Below are positions 44,645 to 54,541 of a DNA stretch of 64,000 nucleotides, in pieces. The notes under the pieces are model-generated. The model worked only from the letters and a program-made list of their open reading frames with translations, had not been told where the DNA came from and did no database searches. This stretch comes from Candidatus Margulisiibacteriota bacterium (lineage in GTDB: Bacteria; Margulisbacteria; Termititenacia; CAZZFK01): contig JBHPMC010000001.1 in assembly GCA_042562495.1 (NCBI GenBank), positions 41,983 to 105,982 of the forward strand, in the 5' to 3' direction. Numbering within the stretch: the stretch's first letter is position 1; every line of letters begins with the position of its first letter. A program made the position numbers and the translations under genes.

Positions 44645-46177
44645 TTACCCCGATGGACTAAATAAGCCTTTGGGGAAGGTGAACCCCTTGGCTTCTAATC
44701 CTTGCAGGAAGGAAGGGACAAGGCCGGTGGACGTGAATTGCCCTTCTACTTTTTTGGTCTTTTTATTGAAGGATTCTTGTTTAAAGATAAAAAGATCCTT
44801 AAGCACAACAGTATCTTCTTCCATGCCGCAGAGCTCAGTTATCTTTACTATTTTACGCGAGCCATCCTGGAGACGGCTTTGTTGGATAATGATATTAAAT
44901 GCGGAGCTGATCTGCTGCCGGATAGCCTTTACTGGAATATCGATCCCGGCCATTAGCACCATTGTTTCTAGCCTGGAGACCAGATCACGTGGCGTATTAG
45001 CGTGCGCAGTGGTCATTGAGCCATCGTGGCCGGTATTCATGGCCTGAAGCATATCCAACGCTTCACCGCCGCGAACTTCACCAACTACCAGGCGGTCGGG
45101 GCGCATGCGTAAGGAATTGCGGACCAGGTCTCTTATGGTCACTTCTCCGGTGTTTTCAATGTTGGGCGGCCTGGTTTCTAAGGTGATCACATGATCTTGC
45201 CCGAGGCGCAATTCTGCAGAATCTTCTATGGTCACTATGCGATCGTCGTTAGGGATAAAAGAAGAAAGAACATTCAGCAAGGTAGTTTTTCCTGAGCCGG
45301 TGCCGCCGGAGACCAATACGTTCATTTTGGCTTGAACGCAGATCTTTAAAAATTCTTCTATGGCCGGGCTATATGAGCCAAAGCGCACCAAGTCTTTTGA
45401 GGAAAAAGAAATCTTTGAGAATTTACGGATAGTCAAAGTAGGTCCGGTCAAAGCTAGCGGCGGGATGATCGCGTTAACACGTGAGCCATCCTTAAGGCGA
45501 GCATCCACCATGGGCATTCCTTCGTCGATACGCCGTCCGATCTTATTTACTATTCGCAAGATGATCCGGCGCACATGCTCATTGTCGTAAAAAACAATAG
45601 GAGTTTTTTCGATCTTTCCTTTGCGCTCAACATAAACACTATTGGCGCCGTTGACCATAATTTCGGTCACGGAATCATCGCCAACCAAATCTTCAATAGG
45701 CCCCAGGCCAACAGTTTCATTGATCACGGCCTCGACAAGGTCGCCTTTTTCCTTTCGGGAATAAATATCCGCTTGAGCCTCAATGATAGCCAGGATCTCG
45801 GTTTTTAATGTGGCGGTTATCTTTTTTATTTCTTCGGTATTAGTGGAAGCTAAATTGAATTTATTAAAATCTAACTCAGATTCATTGATCAGCTTGCGGT
45901 GAACGGCCAAGGCTTTGTCTAAAAAATCTTTACGAACGTCTATTTCTTCCGCAGGCGCTGTGGTTTGTTTTTGTTCCGGAGTTGGCAATAGAGCCTTTTC
46001 TTTTTCGATATTCTCAATGACTTGGGCGGTCGAAGCTAGCGCTGGCTTTGCTGTAGGAGCTATTTCTTTTGTTTCAGCCGAGGATTTATCCACAGGGGCC
46101 TGTGCGTGCCCTAGTTGTTCCTCGAGCTTTTTTTTAGCTTGGTCAGCTTTTTTGCCTAAGCGGTCGAATAAAGACAT
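44645..46177 (-). CDS. cpaF: Flp pilus assembly ATPase CpaF/TadA
   Basis: Walker A VSGGTGSGKTTLLN. Asp box, Walker B and His box of T2SS-E/VirB11-like ATPases. Confidence 0.9.
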   Translation of the reverse strand: MSLFDRLGKKADQAKKKLEEQLGHAQAPVDKSSAETKEIAPTAKPALASTAQVIENIEKEKALLPTPEQKQTTAPAEEIDVRKDFLDKALAVHRKLINESELDFNKFNLASTNTEEIKKITATLKTEILAIIEAQADIYSRKEKGDLVEAVINETVGLGPIEDLVGDDSVTEIMVNGANSVYVERKGKIEKTPIVFYDNEHVRRIILRIVNKIGRRIDEGMPMVDARLKDGSRVNAIIPPLALTGPTLTIRKFSKISFSSKDLVRFGSYSPAIEEFLKICVQAKMNVLVSGGTGSGKTTLLNVLSSFIPNDDRIVTIEDSAELRLGQDHVITLETRPPNIENTGEVTIRDLVRNSLRMRPDRLVVGEVRGGEALDMLQAMNTGHDGSMTTAHANTPRDLVSRLETMVLMAGIDIPVKAIRQQISSAFNIIIQQSRLQDGSRKIVKITELCGMEEDTVVLKDLFIFKQESFNKKTKKVEGQFTSTGLVPSFLQGLEAKGFTFPKGLFSPSG

Positions 46178-46180
46178 AAA

Positions 46181-47377
46181 TTATTTCTCCTTAAAAATAT
46201 GTACAAAATTATTAAGCCAACTGCTTTTAGCTGCTTTTTTATCTGTTTCCGGCACCTTAAGCTTGCCGCTTTTGCCTAAAAGGCAATCGGCAAGGCGCTT
46301 AACAGCATTATAAATTTCAGCAGTAGTTGCCTCTTGAACAAAGGGGATCCCGCGATTGATCGAGCGCAACACCGTCTCTCGATCCTCCGGGACCAAGACG
46401 CTTACTTTAAATTTTAAATACTTTTCCATTTCGGCGATGGTCAATTCGCTTTTGGCATCATAACGATTAACCACTATTTTGATCTTTTCCGTGGAGAAAT
46501 ATAAAGATTTAATGGTTTGTAGGCCCAAGTTCAAGTTTTTTATAGAGGCAATATCGAAATTGCTGATAAAAAAGACCTGATCAGAAAGCTCTAATAAGGA
46601 TAAGTTCAGATCATTAAAATAATTTTCTGTATCAATAATAATATGATCATATTTATCTTTTACCGAGTTTAAAATGGTTTTCAAGCTTTGCAGGGGGATG
46701 GTCTCCTGGTTTTTTTCACCGGCCGTAAGCAAGTGCAAGCCGCTGGCGTGAGTGATGATATTGTCTTCGATATCCTGCCAAAGAGCATCGTAATCATTGA
46801 TCTCCAAGGAAATGAGCCCCATGTTCTTTTTTTCATTGATATCGATCAGAATATCTAGGTTCCCAAAGCGGGGCACAGTGTCGATCAAAAGGACCTTATA
46901 ATTGAATTCTTTATGTAACAAGAAGGCCAGGTTTGTTGCCAGTAGAGATTTGCCTACCCCACCTTTGCTGCTTAAGAAAGTAGTGACCTTGGCAAAATTC
47001 TTGGATGCAGATTTTTCCATGGCCTGGATGTTGGCGATATAGTGATAGGCCTTGCGCAGTGCGATATTCAGATCATTTTTATTTATAGGCAAAGTAAGAA
47101 AATCTTTTGCGCCAAGGGCCAGGGATTGTTTGAAGATATCAGCGCTGGCGTCAGGCGATATAGCCAGCACATAAAGGTTTTGATTTTTTAAAGCATCCCG
47201 AACAGCATCGTTGATCTCATTGATATTGATGATCAAAAGATCTGGCTTTTCGGTGTTCATGACCTTGATCAGCTCATCTTCGTTGCGGAGGACCTTATTT
47301 ATACGATGTTCTTCAGCAAGGTTATCCTTGATATTGCTTACAATGCCAGCATTTTTCTCATACAAAACCGTGTTCAT
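46181..47377 (-). CDS. cpaE: CpaE/TadZ-like pilus localisation ATPase (receiver-like N-terminus plus MinD/ParA-like domain)
   Basis: TFLSSKGGVGKSLLATNLAFLL is a deviant Walker A. 398 aa. Confidence 0.75.
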   Translation of the reverse strand: MNTVLYEKNAGIVSNIKDNLAEEHRINKVLRNEDELIKVMNTEKPDLLIININEINDAVRDALKNQNLYVLAISPDASADIFKQSLALGAKDFLTLPINKNDLNIALRKAYHYIANIQAMEKSASKNFAKVTTFLSSKGGVGKSLLATNLAFLLHKEFNYKVLLIDTVPRFGNLDILIDINEKKNMGLISLEINDYDALWQDIEDNIITHASGLHLLTAGEKNQETIPLQSLKTILNSVKDKYDHIIIDTENYFNDLNLSLLELSDQVFFISNFDIASIKNLNLGLQTIKSLYFSTEKIKIVVNRYDAKSELTIAEMEKYLKFKVSVLVPEDRETVLRSINRGIPFVQEATTAEIYNAVKRLADCLLGKSGKLKVPETDKKAAKSSWLNNFVHIFKEK

Positions 47378-48654
47378 TACAAGCTTCCTTCCCCAAGCTC
47401 TTGCTGGGCCGTCAAATCAGTGTCAAAAACGACCTCAGGCTTCAAGGTTATTACTAATTCAGTTGTGTTTTTTTCAGACTCTTCATTTTTAACAAAACTG
47501 CCGATAATTGGGATCCAGCCAAAAAGATCTCCCAAGATAGGGATCTTATAATAATTGGCGTTTTCAGTTTCTTTGATCAAGCCACCAAGGACCAGGATCC
47601 CTTTATTGTGGATCCGGACTTCGCTGATCATTTCTCTGGTGCCAATAATAGGATTGTTCTCGGGGGTATATCCGGCTACCGAGCTTACCTGCGTAGCCAG
47701 CCAGCAATTTATATTATTTTCGCTATCGATCTTGGGGATCACGCCCAGAATAACTCCGGTGTATTGATATTGTACATTTTTATTCCCCTGGCTATCTGTG
47801 CTTTCAAAAGGGATCTTTTCTCCGGCATGGATAAAAGAATAACGATTATCAAGGCTTAGTATTTTTGGGCTGGCCAAGATTTTCGCCCTACCTTCAGTTT
47901 GTAGGGAGCGGAGAATATGGGTAGCAGATTCTGCGAAAATAGCCCCACTGCTAAAAGTATAGGTCAAGCCATCTGTGGACTTGTTGTATTCAACGGTGGA
48001 TTGATCTTTTTGATAGAGCATTTGCAGCTCATTGGTCAGATTGTTGTCTAATTTTAGTTCGTAGACCTCTACTTTGAATAATACTTGCCTTTCTTGCACA
48101 TCCAGCTTCTTGATCACTTGTTCGACCTGCTTATGTTCTTCCGGCGAGCCTACGACCATGACGGAATTGGTCCAGGGATTGACCGCGAAACGATTTGCTT
48201 CTAAATAACTGCTCAATATATTTTGCAGATCTTTAACGGTCTCTTTTAGGGGCTCACTATTGACCATGATCATTTTATCCGGGTCTTCAACGGTATGTTT
48301 GAGCAAGGTCAAATTATTCAGCTTGTATACCTTAAAAGAAATGTTCTCCGAGCCTTTATTGACCACGATCTTATAATCATAGTTTTTTAAGGCATCCCAA
48401 AGCGTCAAGGTGGTGATCCCTGGTCTTTTCCCGTTGACCAGGATCTTTTGCGCAGAAATGATCAGGACATCGGCTATCTCAGAATTACCGATGGCCAGAT
48501 TTTTTACGTTAAAATCTACTTTTAATAATTTAGAAGTACCCGCAGTAAGCTGAAAGATGTTCTCTATAGAATCCTTTTGTTCATCGGCTGCAAAAGCCGC
48601 TGAGTTCAAGATCAGAGAGGCAGCTATAATTATGATCACCAATTTCTTAAACAT
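47377..48654 (-). CDS. cpaC: Flp pilus secretin CpaC/RcpA
   Basis: Signal peptide. C-terminal secretin motif ANYYKIPILGDLFGWIPIIGSFV. Confidence 0.85.
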   Translation of the reverse strand: MFKKLVIIIIAASLILNSAAFAADEQKDSIENIFQLTAGTSKLLKVDFNVKNLAIGNSEIADVLIISAQKILVNGKRPGITTLTLWDALKNYDYKIVVNKGSENISFKVYKLNNLTLLKHTVEDPDKMIMVNSEPLKETVKDLQNILSSYLEANRFAVNPWTNSVMVVGSPEEHKQVEQVIKKLDVQERQVLFKVEVYELKLDNNLTNELQMLYQKDQSTVEYNKSTDGLTYTFSSGAIFAESATHILRSLQTEGRAKILASPKILSLDNRYSFIHAGEKIPFESTDSQGNKNVQYQYTGVILGVIPKIDSENNINCWLATQVSSVAGYTPENNPIIGTREMISEVRIHNKGILVLGGLIKETENANYYKIPILGDLFGWIPIIGSFVKNEESEKNTTELVITLKPEVVFDTDLTAQQELGEGSL

Positions 48655-48665
48655 TAATTTCTCCT

Positions 48666-49442
48666 TTATAGTTTCTTCGTGCTGGTCTGAGTCCCTTTAA
48701 TTATTCTTATGTTGTAACCGCCACCTGTAGTGGCTTTGCGATAAGGGAGCAAATGACCAGTTCCGGCTCCCCAAGAATTAATTATGCTAGTATCATCCAC
48801 TGGCCGTAATAATAGTTTTAAACGACCTTTATAAGCGCCCAAGACAAGCTTTTCTGCATCTTGGCTATCTAGGGCAAAGGTCGCGATAACAGAGCGATTG
48901 ATCTTACCGCTGGGCTGTTCTGCGCTTTCCATTTGGCGGTCAATCGCCAAGATGGGAACGTTTTGCAGAAGTGTTACGGTGCGATCTATATTGCCACCGA
49001 GAGTACAAAGGACATCGACCATGTCTCCCGGCTTGATCAGCCCGGCGATACTTGCCGAGGCATCCACCTCGACTGATACAGCACGTTTATTCTTGGGGAT
49101 AATAAATGATAGGCCCAAGGAGCGACCGCGGACGGCTAATTTATTAGAAAGAACTTGTTCCCCTGGGATAATTGGCGTAGTAGAGATCTTGCCTACAGCA
49201 TTTTCCAGCTTGCTAATAGCACCCGGAAGAACATATTTACGCGGAAGCGGTTTGCTCTCGAGCATTTCTTTGGTGATCACGGACCGGGGCGGGATATTTA
49301 CTTTGGCGACAATAATACTTAGCAATTCGCTGGCATGCTTCGTTTCCTTAGCAACCTTACCTAAGTACATGGTCGTGAACACAAAAGTCACGATACCGAA
49401 TATTAAAGAAATAATAAGCATTCTCTTATTAACATTACCCAT
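48666..49442 (-). CDS. cpaB: Flp pilus assembly protein CpaB/RcpC
   Basis: N-terminal TM anchor. SAF/CpaB domain IVAKVNIPPRSVITKEML. Confidence 0.75.
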   Translation of the reverse strand: MGNVNKRMLIISLIFGIVTFVFTTMYLGKVAKETKHASELLSIIVAKVNIPPRSVITKEMLESKPLPRKYVLPGAISKLENAVGKISTTPIIPGEQVLSNKLAVRGRSLGLSFIIPKNKRAVSVEVDASASIAGLIKPGDMVDVLCTLGGNIDRTVTLLQNVPILAIDRQMESAEQPSGKINRSVIATFALDSQDAEKLVLGAYKGRLKLLLRPVDDTSIINSWGAGTGHLLPYRKATTGGGYNIRIIKGTQTSTKKL

Positions 49443-49651
49443 CTGAGGGGCTCCTTATCTAAAAGATCTTTATTTTGTTTTCAAGATCAAACTTCAAAGC
49501 TTTTGTTCTATATATACCCATCTGGAGCATTTTTTATACGTCAAAAAAAGAAAAATGGTGTAGTTTTACTGAACAGCACCAAAGCAGCCAATTTTGAGTA
49601 TAGGAAGAATATTTAAATATTATCTTGGAAAATAGAAATGCTTTATATAGA

Positions 49652-50422
49652 ATGACCCAAAAGGAGACACCTTTGCTAAAAAAGAAGAGACCACTGAAAG
49701 TCGCTATTTTTATTATTGCCTATCAGGCAGTGCGTACTTTGATAGCTTGTTATACACGGATCCCGAAAAAATTAAGGAGATCTGCAAAAGAGATCTATGT
49801 TTTTGACGATTGCAGCAATGACAATACCTATTTTGCGGGATTGGGCTATAAATTAGAGAACCATATCAATAACCTGAATATTTATCGCAATAGTAAGAAT
49901 AAAGGATACGGCGGCAATCAAAAAATCGGCTATAAGTATGCCATAAACAAGGGATATGATGTTGTTGTTTTGCTGCACGGAGATGTGCAGTATGCACCGG
50001 AAAAGATCCCGCAGCTGATAAAGCCTATCCTAGAAAACAAAGCGGATCTGGTCATGGGCTCCCGGATGTTGGGCCGGCCAATAAAAGGCGGGATGCCTAT
50101 TTGGAAATTTTTAGGCAATAAATTTCTGACCGCCATAGAGAACATTATTTTAGGCTTAAGCTTATCTGAATATCATTCCGGATTCCGTGCGTATCGACTA
50201 GCTACGTTAAAAAAACTACCCTTTAATAAGCTTACCGATGATTTTCATTTTGATACTCAAATCCTGATAGAATTTAAAAAGAGAGACCTGCGTATAAAAG
50301 AGATCCCGGTGCCGACACACTATGGCCCTGAGTCACATCAGGTTAATTTTCGCACCAGCATACGTTACGGATTATCTATCTTGCAGACACTACTTAAATA
50401 TATCTTCAGCAAAAAGCATTAA
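49652..50422 (+). CDS. GT2 family glycosyltransferase, polyprenyl-phosphate sugar synthase-like (DPM1/ArnC-like)
   Basis: VAIFIIAY...FDDCSNDNT...NKGYGGN...HGDVQY are GT-A fold motifs. The ORF track starts at a TTG at 49625; the ATG at 49652 is preferred. Confidence 0.65.
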   Translation: MTQKETPLLKKKRPLKVAIFIIAYQAVRTLIACYTRIPKKLRRSAKEIYVFDDCSNDNTYFAGLGYKLENHINNLNIYRNSKNKGYGGNQKIGYKYAINKGYDVVVLLHGDVQYAPEKIPQLIKPILENKADLVMGSRMLGRPIKGGMPIWKFLGNKFLTAIENIILGLSLSEYHSGFRAYRLATLKKLPFNKLTDDFHFDTQILIEFKKRDLRIKEIPVPTHYGPESHQVNFRTSIRYGLSILQTLLKYIFSKKH

Positions 50423-52161
50423 AGCTTATATAAAGCATATTCATTGTTTTTATAGACTAAAGGGAAGGATACCGTGTGGCCATTTTTGGTAAGCAGATAA
50501 TCTGCCGAAAATTCCTGGCCAATATTTGATATTTGTTCAGACGAAAGAGCATAGTACTTACTGGCTAGAAAAGGCAAGAATGCCCAGCCTTTTAGACCGC
50601 TGGCAAAAAGATCTGTGTCAATAAGCTTATCCAGCCGATGTTTCCATTCTAAAGAATTGTTCTCTAAATATGGGCAGGCTTGAAAATCAGTAATTATGGC
50701 TCGCTCAGCATGCAATCTAAAACCTGCCACATGGGGAGGGGTAATAAATATTGCTTCCGGAGAAGTATTCATTTTTGCCCAATAAGCAATATCAATAAAG
50801 GCCGAGGCGTTTTTGCCAGGAGCCTGGCATTGAATATTAGCAAGCTGCTGGGGGAAAATTAATAAGTAAAAAACAATAAAGATCAATATGCTACACAAGA
50901 TCAAGGTGGAGACAAAAGAAAGCTTAAGTGCAGGGATAGAAATTTGTGATCTAAAGGTATTTAGCCCGGGGCTCTTTTTAAGGAGATATTCAAGCAGGAA
51001 AATAATAAAGAGAATAAGTAAGAGCACAGTCAATTGCTTATAGTTTTCGGGGAGCCTATAGATCAAGAGAGGCAGCAGGAAGATAATAAGCAGCAAGGAA
51101 GGCTTAAATATAATAGCGGGCCTTTTATTATAAAAATCGACCAGGACAGCCGCGAAGATCAGGAGAAAAAGATACTCTATTAGATAGGTTAAGCGCAATA
51201 ATTGAAGCTTGGCCAGAAAACCTATATGCAAGAGATCGACAAACAATAGGTTGATCAGAGAAAAAACAGCTAAGATCCCAGCAAGATACAAGAATTTAGC
51301 CCGCTTTTCTTTATCAGGGAGTACAACGCGAAAAAAATATAATAAGCAAAGGAGTGCTCCAAAATAAAACAAGCCTAAGGGGCCCGTGTGTAACAATAAA
51401 TAGTGCTGAGGGAAACGCAGCTGGGTGTTGATCTTGATAAAAAGATCAGGAGATAGAGAGGGATTGCCCAGGATTATTTGTATTTGCTGCCAAATGTCCG
51501 GGAGTAAAACAAAACAAAGGCCAAGCAAAATAAACCCAAGCTCTTTGAAAGAAGGCTTGCGGGCTTGCCAAGAAAAAACATAATACAATCCAAGGATAAG
51601 CAATATATTAATGCCGATCAGCAGATGAAGTTTGCCGGCTATAAAAGCCATGAAAAAAGCACCAATATAGTTCCCTCGAAAAAAGAAATACAGGGCGATA
51701 AGCACAAGGGCGATCCCCAGCATTCTGGGAGACAAGGAGGCTTGGATCATTCTGCTGCCTCCCAGGCCGTGGGGGATTATAAAGGTCATGAGAAAAGCAC
51801 TTAGCAAAGCAATATTTTTATTTTTAAAAAGCTCCCATGCAATAAAATAGGTGAACCAAATATAAATTAACAAGACCGAGGCATATAAAATTGCTGTAGC
51901 CCAAGGCAAGCCGAAGATCTGGCCCAAGCCCCCCCAAAGCTTTAAGGCAAAAGCATGGTAGGGAGCCAAGCTGATGAACCAATCCTGAGCTAAAAAGCTT
52001 GGATCCAATAAATGCCTGATCCGGGGGATATAAAATACTTGTTCCCAATGTCCGTAATGATAGCCATGGAAAAGTAGAAAGAAAAAAGATAGAAAGAATA
52101 AATAAGTATGTAATAAAAGTTTGTTTAATTTCAGGTTCATTATCGATATAGTATACGGCAT
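50419..52161 (-). CDS. polytopic membrane protein, putative GT-C fold glycosyltransferase
   Basis: 580 aa with more than 10 predicted TM helices and a soluble C-terminal domain of about 170 aa. Genomic pairing with a GT2 polyprenyl-P-sugar synthase. Confidence 0.4.
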   Translation of the reverse strand: MPYTISIMNLKLNKLLLHTYLFFLSFFFLLFHGYHYGHWEQVFYIPRIRHLLDPSFLAQDWFISLAPYHAFALKLWGGLGQIFGLPWATAILYASVLLIYIWFTYFIAWELFKNKNIALLSAFLMTFIIPHGLGGSRMIQASLSPRMLGIALVLIALYFFFRGNYIGAFFMAFIAGKLHLLIGINILLILGLYYVFSWQARKPSFKELGFILLGLCFVLLPDIWQQIQIILGNPSLSPDLFIKINTQLRFPQHYLLLHTGPLGLFYFGALLCLLYFFRVVLPDKEKRAKFLYLAGILAVFSLINLLFVDLLHIGFLAKLQLLRLTYLIEYLFLLIFAAVLVDFYNKRPAIIFKPSLLLIIFLLPLLIYRLPENYKQLTVLLLILFIIFLLEYLLKKSPGLNTFRSQISIPALKLSFVSTLILCSILIFIVFYLLIFPQQLANIQCQAPGKNASAFIDIAYWAKMNTSPEAIFITPPHVAGFRLHAERAIITDFQACPYLENNSLEWKHRLDKLIDTDLFASGLKGWAFLPFLASKYYALSSEQISNIGQEFSADYLLTKNGHTVSFPLVYKNNEYALYKL

Positions 52162-53814
52162 ATGAAATTCTTTCGAAAAGAATATTTTATTTATTTCCTT
52201 CTAATATTAGCGGCAGTCTTATTGTTCACAAATCTAGCTGGCGATCTTTTATGGGAAGATGAAGCAGAGACTGCTGTAATCGCAAAAAATATCCTGCGTT
52301 TTGGTTGGCCGAAAGCTTTTGATGGGGTAAATCTAGTGACTCAAGAATGGGGCCATGATTCGAACGCACAGAAGATCTGGATACATCAAACTTGGCTGCC
52401 GCATTATCTCACGGCCCTGTCTTTTCTGGTGTTCGGCGTTAGCACTTGGGCGGCAAGGCTGCCCTATGTGGTTTTAGCGCTTATAACAATATGGCTTATG
52501 TATTATTTTATTTATAAAGAAAAGAAACAATATTCATTAGCTTTATTGGCAGCTTTGTTTTTAACGACATCAGTAACCTTTATCCTGCATGCCAGGCAAT
52601 GTCGTTATTATTCTTTATTAATATTTTTTGCTGTTTTGTGGCTATTTCTCTATTGGCGCTGGCAGAACAACCAAAAAAAGAATGTTTTGTTATTAAGCAC
52701 TGTAGGCGCTTTGCTTTTTCATGCTCAATATATGTCTGCCCTGGCCTGGCTGGCATCAACTTTTTTAGCGGGATATTTTGTTCAGAAAAGAAAAGTAAAA
52801 AACAAAGAACATTTAACTATCTGGGCAGGGATCGCCTTGTTGTGTCTGCCCTGGATCATTTATGCTCAATTGTGGGATAAATTCGGAGAAGTCGGGACAA
52901 ATCTATCAGATCGCCTCATCAATTGGTTAATAAACATACCTTTGCATTTGTTCGGCGTAAATCATTTTATTTTTCCGGTAGTATTGTTTATAGGAATAGG
53001 CTATTTGTTTTATAAAAGAAAAATAGATGATTTTGATAAATATATCTTTCTTGCGGGGGTATTTTATTATTTGATAATTTGTTTTATCCCTTTGTATCCA
53101 GATATCAGATACATAATAGTGCTCATCCCTTGGGCTGCATACTTTTTAGCAAAAATAGTGCTAATGCTTAGCAGGAAAAGCAAGACAATGGCGGGCCTGC
53201 TTGTGGTCACGTTGATTTTTTCTAACATTTGGAGCTTGCCGTATTGGTATATTTCAAAATGGAGTTTGCCAGAGAAGATCATTACGCATTATAAAGATCT
53301 AAGATTTGACCTTATGAATTATTTTTATGAATTAAGGGATTCTGCTCAAGGCCCAGTTAAGGCTGCGGTTGAATATTTTGAACAACAGGCCAGCCCAGGG
53401 CAGTCCGTCTTTACTTCATATGGAGCGGAGCCCTATATCTTTTATACTAATTTAAAAATAGCCAGAGAGCTCCCCTTTAAGGATCCAGCCCCGGATTGGA
53501 TAATTTTAAAAGGAAATACTTGGCAGAAATGGATGAAATGGGTGTTGTTTCAAGATAATTTAAATAAGCAGGCGAGCACAAAAAAATATGTATGGAATTA
53601 TAAATCAGAAAAAGAAACTCCTGTTATTTGGGGGATCAGAAAAAGATATATTGAAAATTATCTAAGTAAGAACAATTATGAAGCAGTAAGGATTAGTGCC
53701 CCTGATAGATTGTGGGAAAATCGCCCTACTTTGCTTTGGCATGATTTTGGCAAGACAGCTTTTCAAAAAAACAGCTTAGTTATCTATAAAAAGCCACCAA
53801 AACAGCATAAATAA
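52162..53814 (+). CDS. GT-C family glycosyltransferase, ArnT/PMT-like (GT83/GT39-like)
   Basis: The first-loop motif LLWEDEAETAVIAKNIL resembles the DE motif of the ArnT/PMT_2 family. Polytopic, 550 aa. Confidence 0.55.
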   Translation: MKFFRKEYFIYFLLILAAVLLFTNLAGDLLWEDEAETAVIAKNILRFGWPKAFDGVNLVTQEWGHDSNAQKIWIHQTWLPHYLTALSFLVFGVSTWAARLPYVVLALITIWLMYYFIYKEKKQYSLALLAALFLTTSVTFILHARQCRYYSLLIFFAVLWLFLYWRWQNNQKKNVLLLSTVGALLFHAQYMSALAWLASTFLAGYFVQKRKVKNKEHLTIWAGIALLCLPWIIYAQLWDKFGEVGTNLSDRLINWLINIPLHLFGVNHFIFPVVLFIGIGYLFYKRKIDDFDKYIFLAGVFYYLIICFIPLYPDIRYIIVLIPWAAYFLAKIVLMLSRKSKTMAGLLVVTLIFSNIWSLPYWYISKWSLPEKIITHYKDLRFDLMNYFYELRDSAQGPVKAAVEYFEQQASPGQSVFTSYGAEPYIFYTNLKIARELPFKDPAPDWIILKGNTWQKWMKWVLFQDNLNKQASTKKYVWNYKSEKETPVIWGIRKRYIENYLSKNNYEAVRISAPDRLWENRPTLLWHDFGKTAFQKNSLVIYKKPPKQHK

Positions 53815-53882
53815 TCGATACATTTTAATAGCCTAAAAAAACGATATTTCTCATGGCTTAAACAAGGAAGGGGGAAAAAGAA

Positions 53883-53993
53883 ATGGGTGATATAATTTTT
53901 AGCGGGCAAGCGATGCAAATGTTCCTTTTGGCAATAACAACGATTATTCTTTCTCTTTTACATTTTATAATCCCAGCCTTAGGTATAATATAA
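53883..53993 (+). CDS. possible 36-aa hydrophobic peptide
   Basis: MGDIIFSGQAMQMFLLAITTIILSLLHFIIPALGII with AAGGAAGGGGG SD. Sits just upstream of membrane-protein paralog B. Confidence 0.2.
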   Translation: MGDIIFSGQAMQMFLLAITTIILSLLHFIIPALGII

Positions 53994-54075
53994 ATAATAA
54001 AATATCTTGAACGATTTGTTTTTGGGAGGGCCTGTAGTATAATACCAAACACAAATCTCTCGAAAGGAGCAGCGC

Positions 54076-54480
54076 ATGATTACAAAAAGCTTAATCCTGG
54101 GTATTTTAATTTTCCTATTAGATCTTCTAATTTTTGGTTATGGTATTGTCAAGAAAACAGCAAAGGGGTGTTCGCCGGAGGAAATGAAGAGGCTGAAAAT
54201 GCGGCTGACCTTTGTTATCCCAATTGTGCTTTTTATCCAGCTTTTTTTTGCTATTGTACTGATCTTTACTTTCCAATTCTTATCGGCATTTAAAGTATTT
54301 GAGAAAACAATTGGCGGAGGCCTTTCCTATGCTTTTATCTTTTTTGTTCCGATGCTTTATATATTGTTGAGCAATCTGCAGTGGGGAGATAAAGAGGCCA
54401 ATACAAAAATAATGCCCGGGATCATCAGTTGTGTTGTGAAATTTTCTGTAGTAGGGCTTTATCTGGGATTGGTAGTATAA
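54076..54480 (+). CDS. 4-TM small membrane protein, paralog B of 38427-38813
   Basis: 134 aa. Shares the RLTFVIPIVLFIQLFFAIVLIFTFQFLSAFK...TIGGGLSYAFIFFVPMLYILLSN block with paralog A. Confidence 0.5.
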   Translation: MITKSLILGILIFLLDLLIFGYGIVKKTAKGCSPEEMKRLKMRLTFVIPIVLFIQLFFAIVLIFTFQFLSAFKVFEKTIGGGLSYAFIFFVPMLYILLSNLQWGDKEANTKIMPGIISCVVKFSVVGLYLGLVV

Positions 54481-54541
54481 AGGTTAAAGAAACCGTTCAT
54501 AAGTAGTGAAACAAGAGAGAGGCTATCGCCTCTCTCTTGTT

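Noticed and set aside
52159-52164. Taking both abutting divergent start codons (cat|atg) of the GT-C genes at face value
   Set aside because: Zero intergenic spacing is implausible for two divergent promoters. At least one true start (e.g. MNLKLN at about 52140 for the minus gene) is probably internal. Coordinates are kept as the longest ORFs but flagged.
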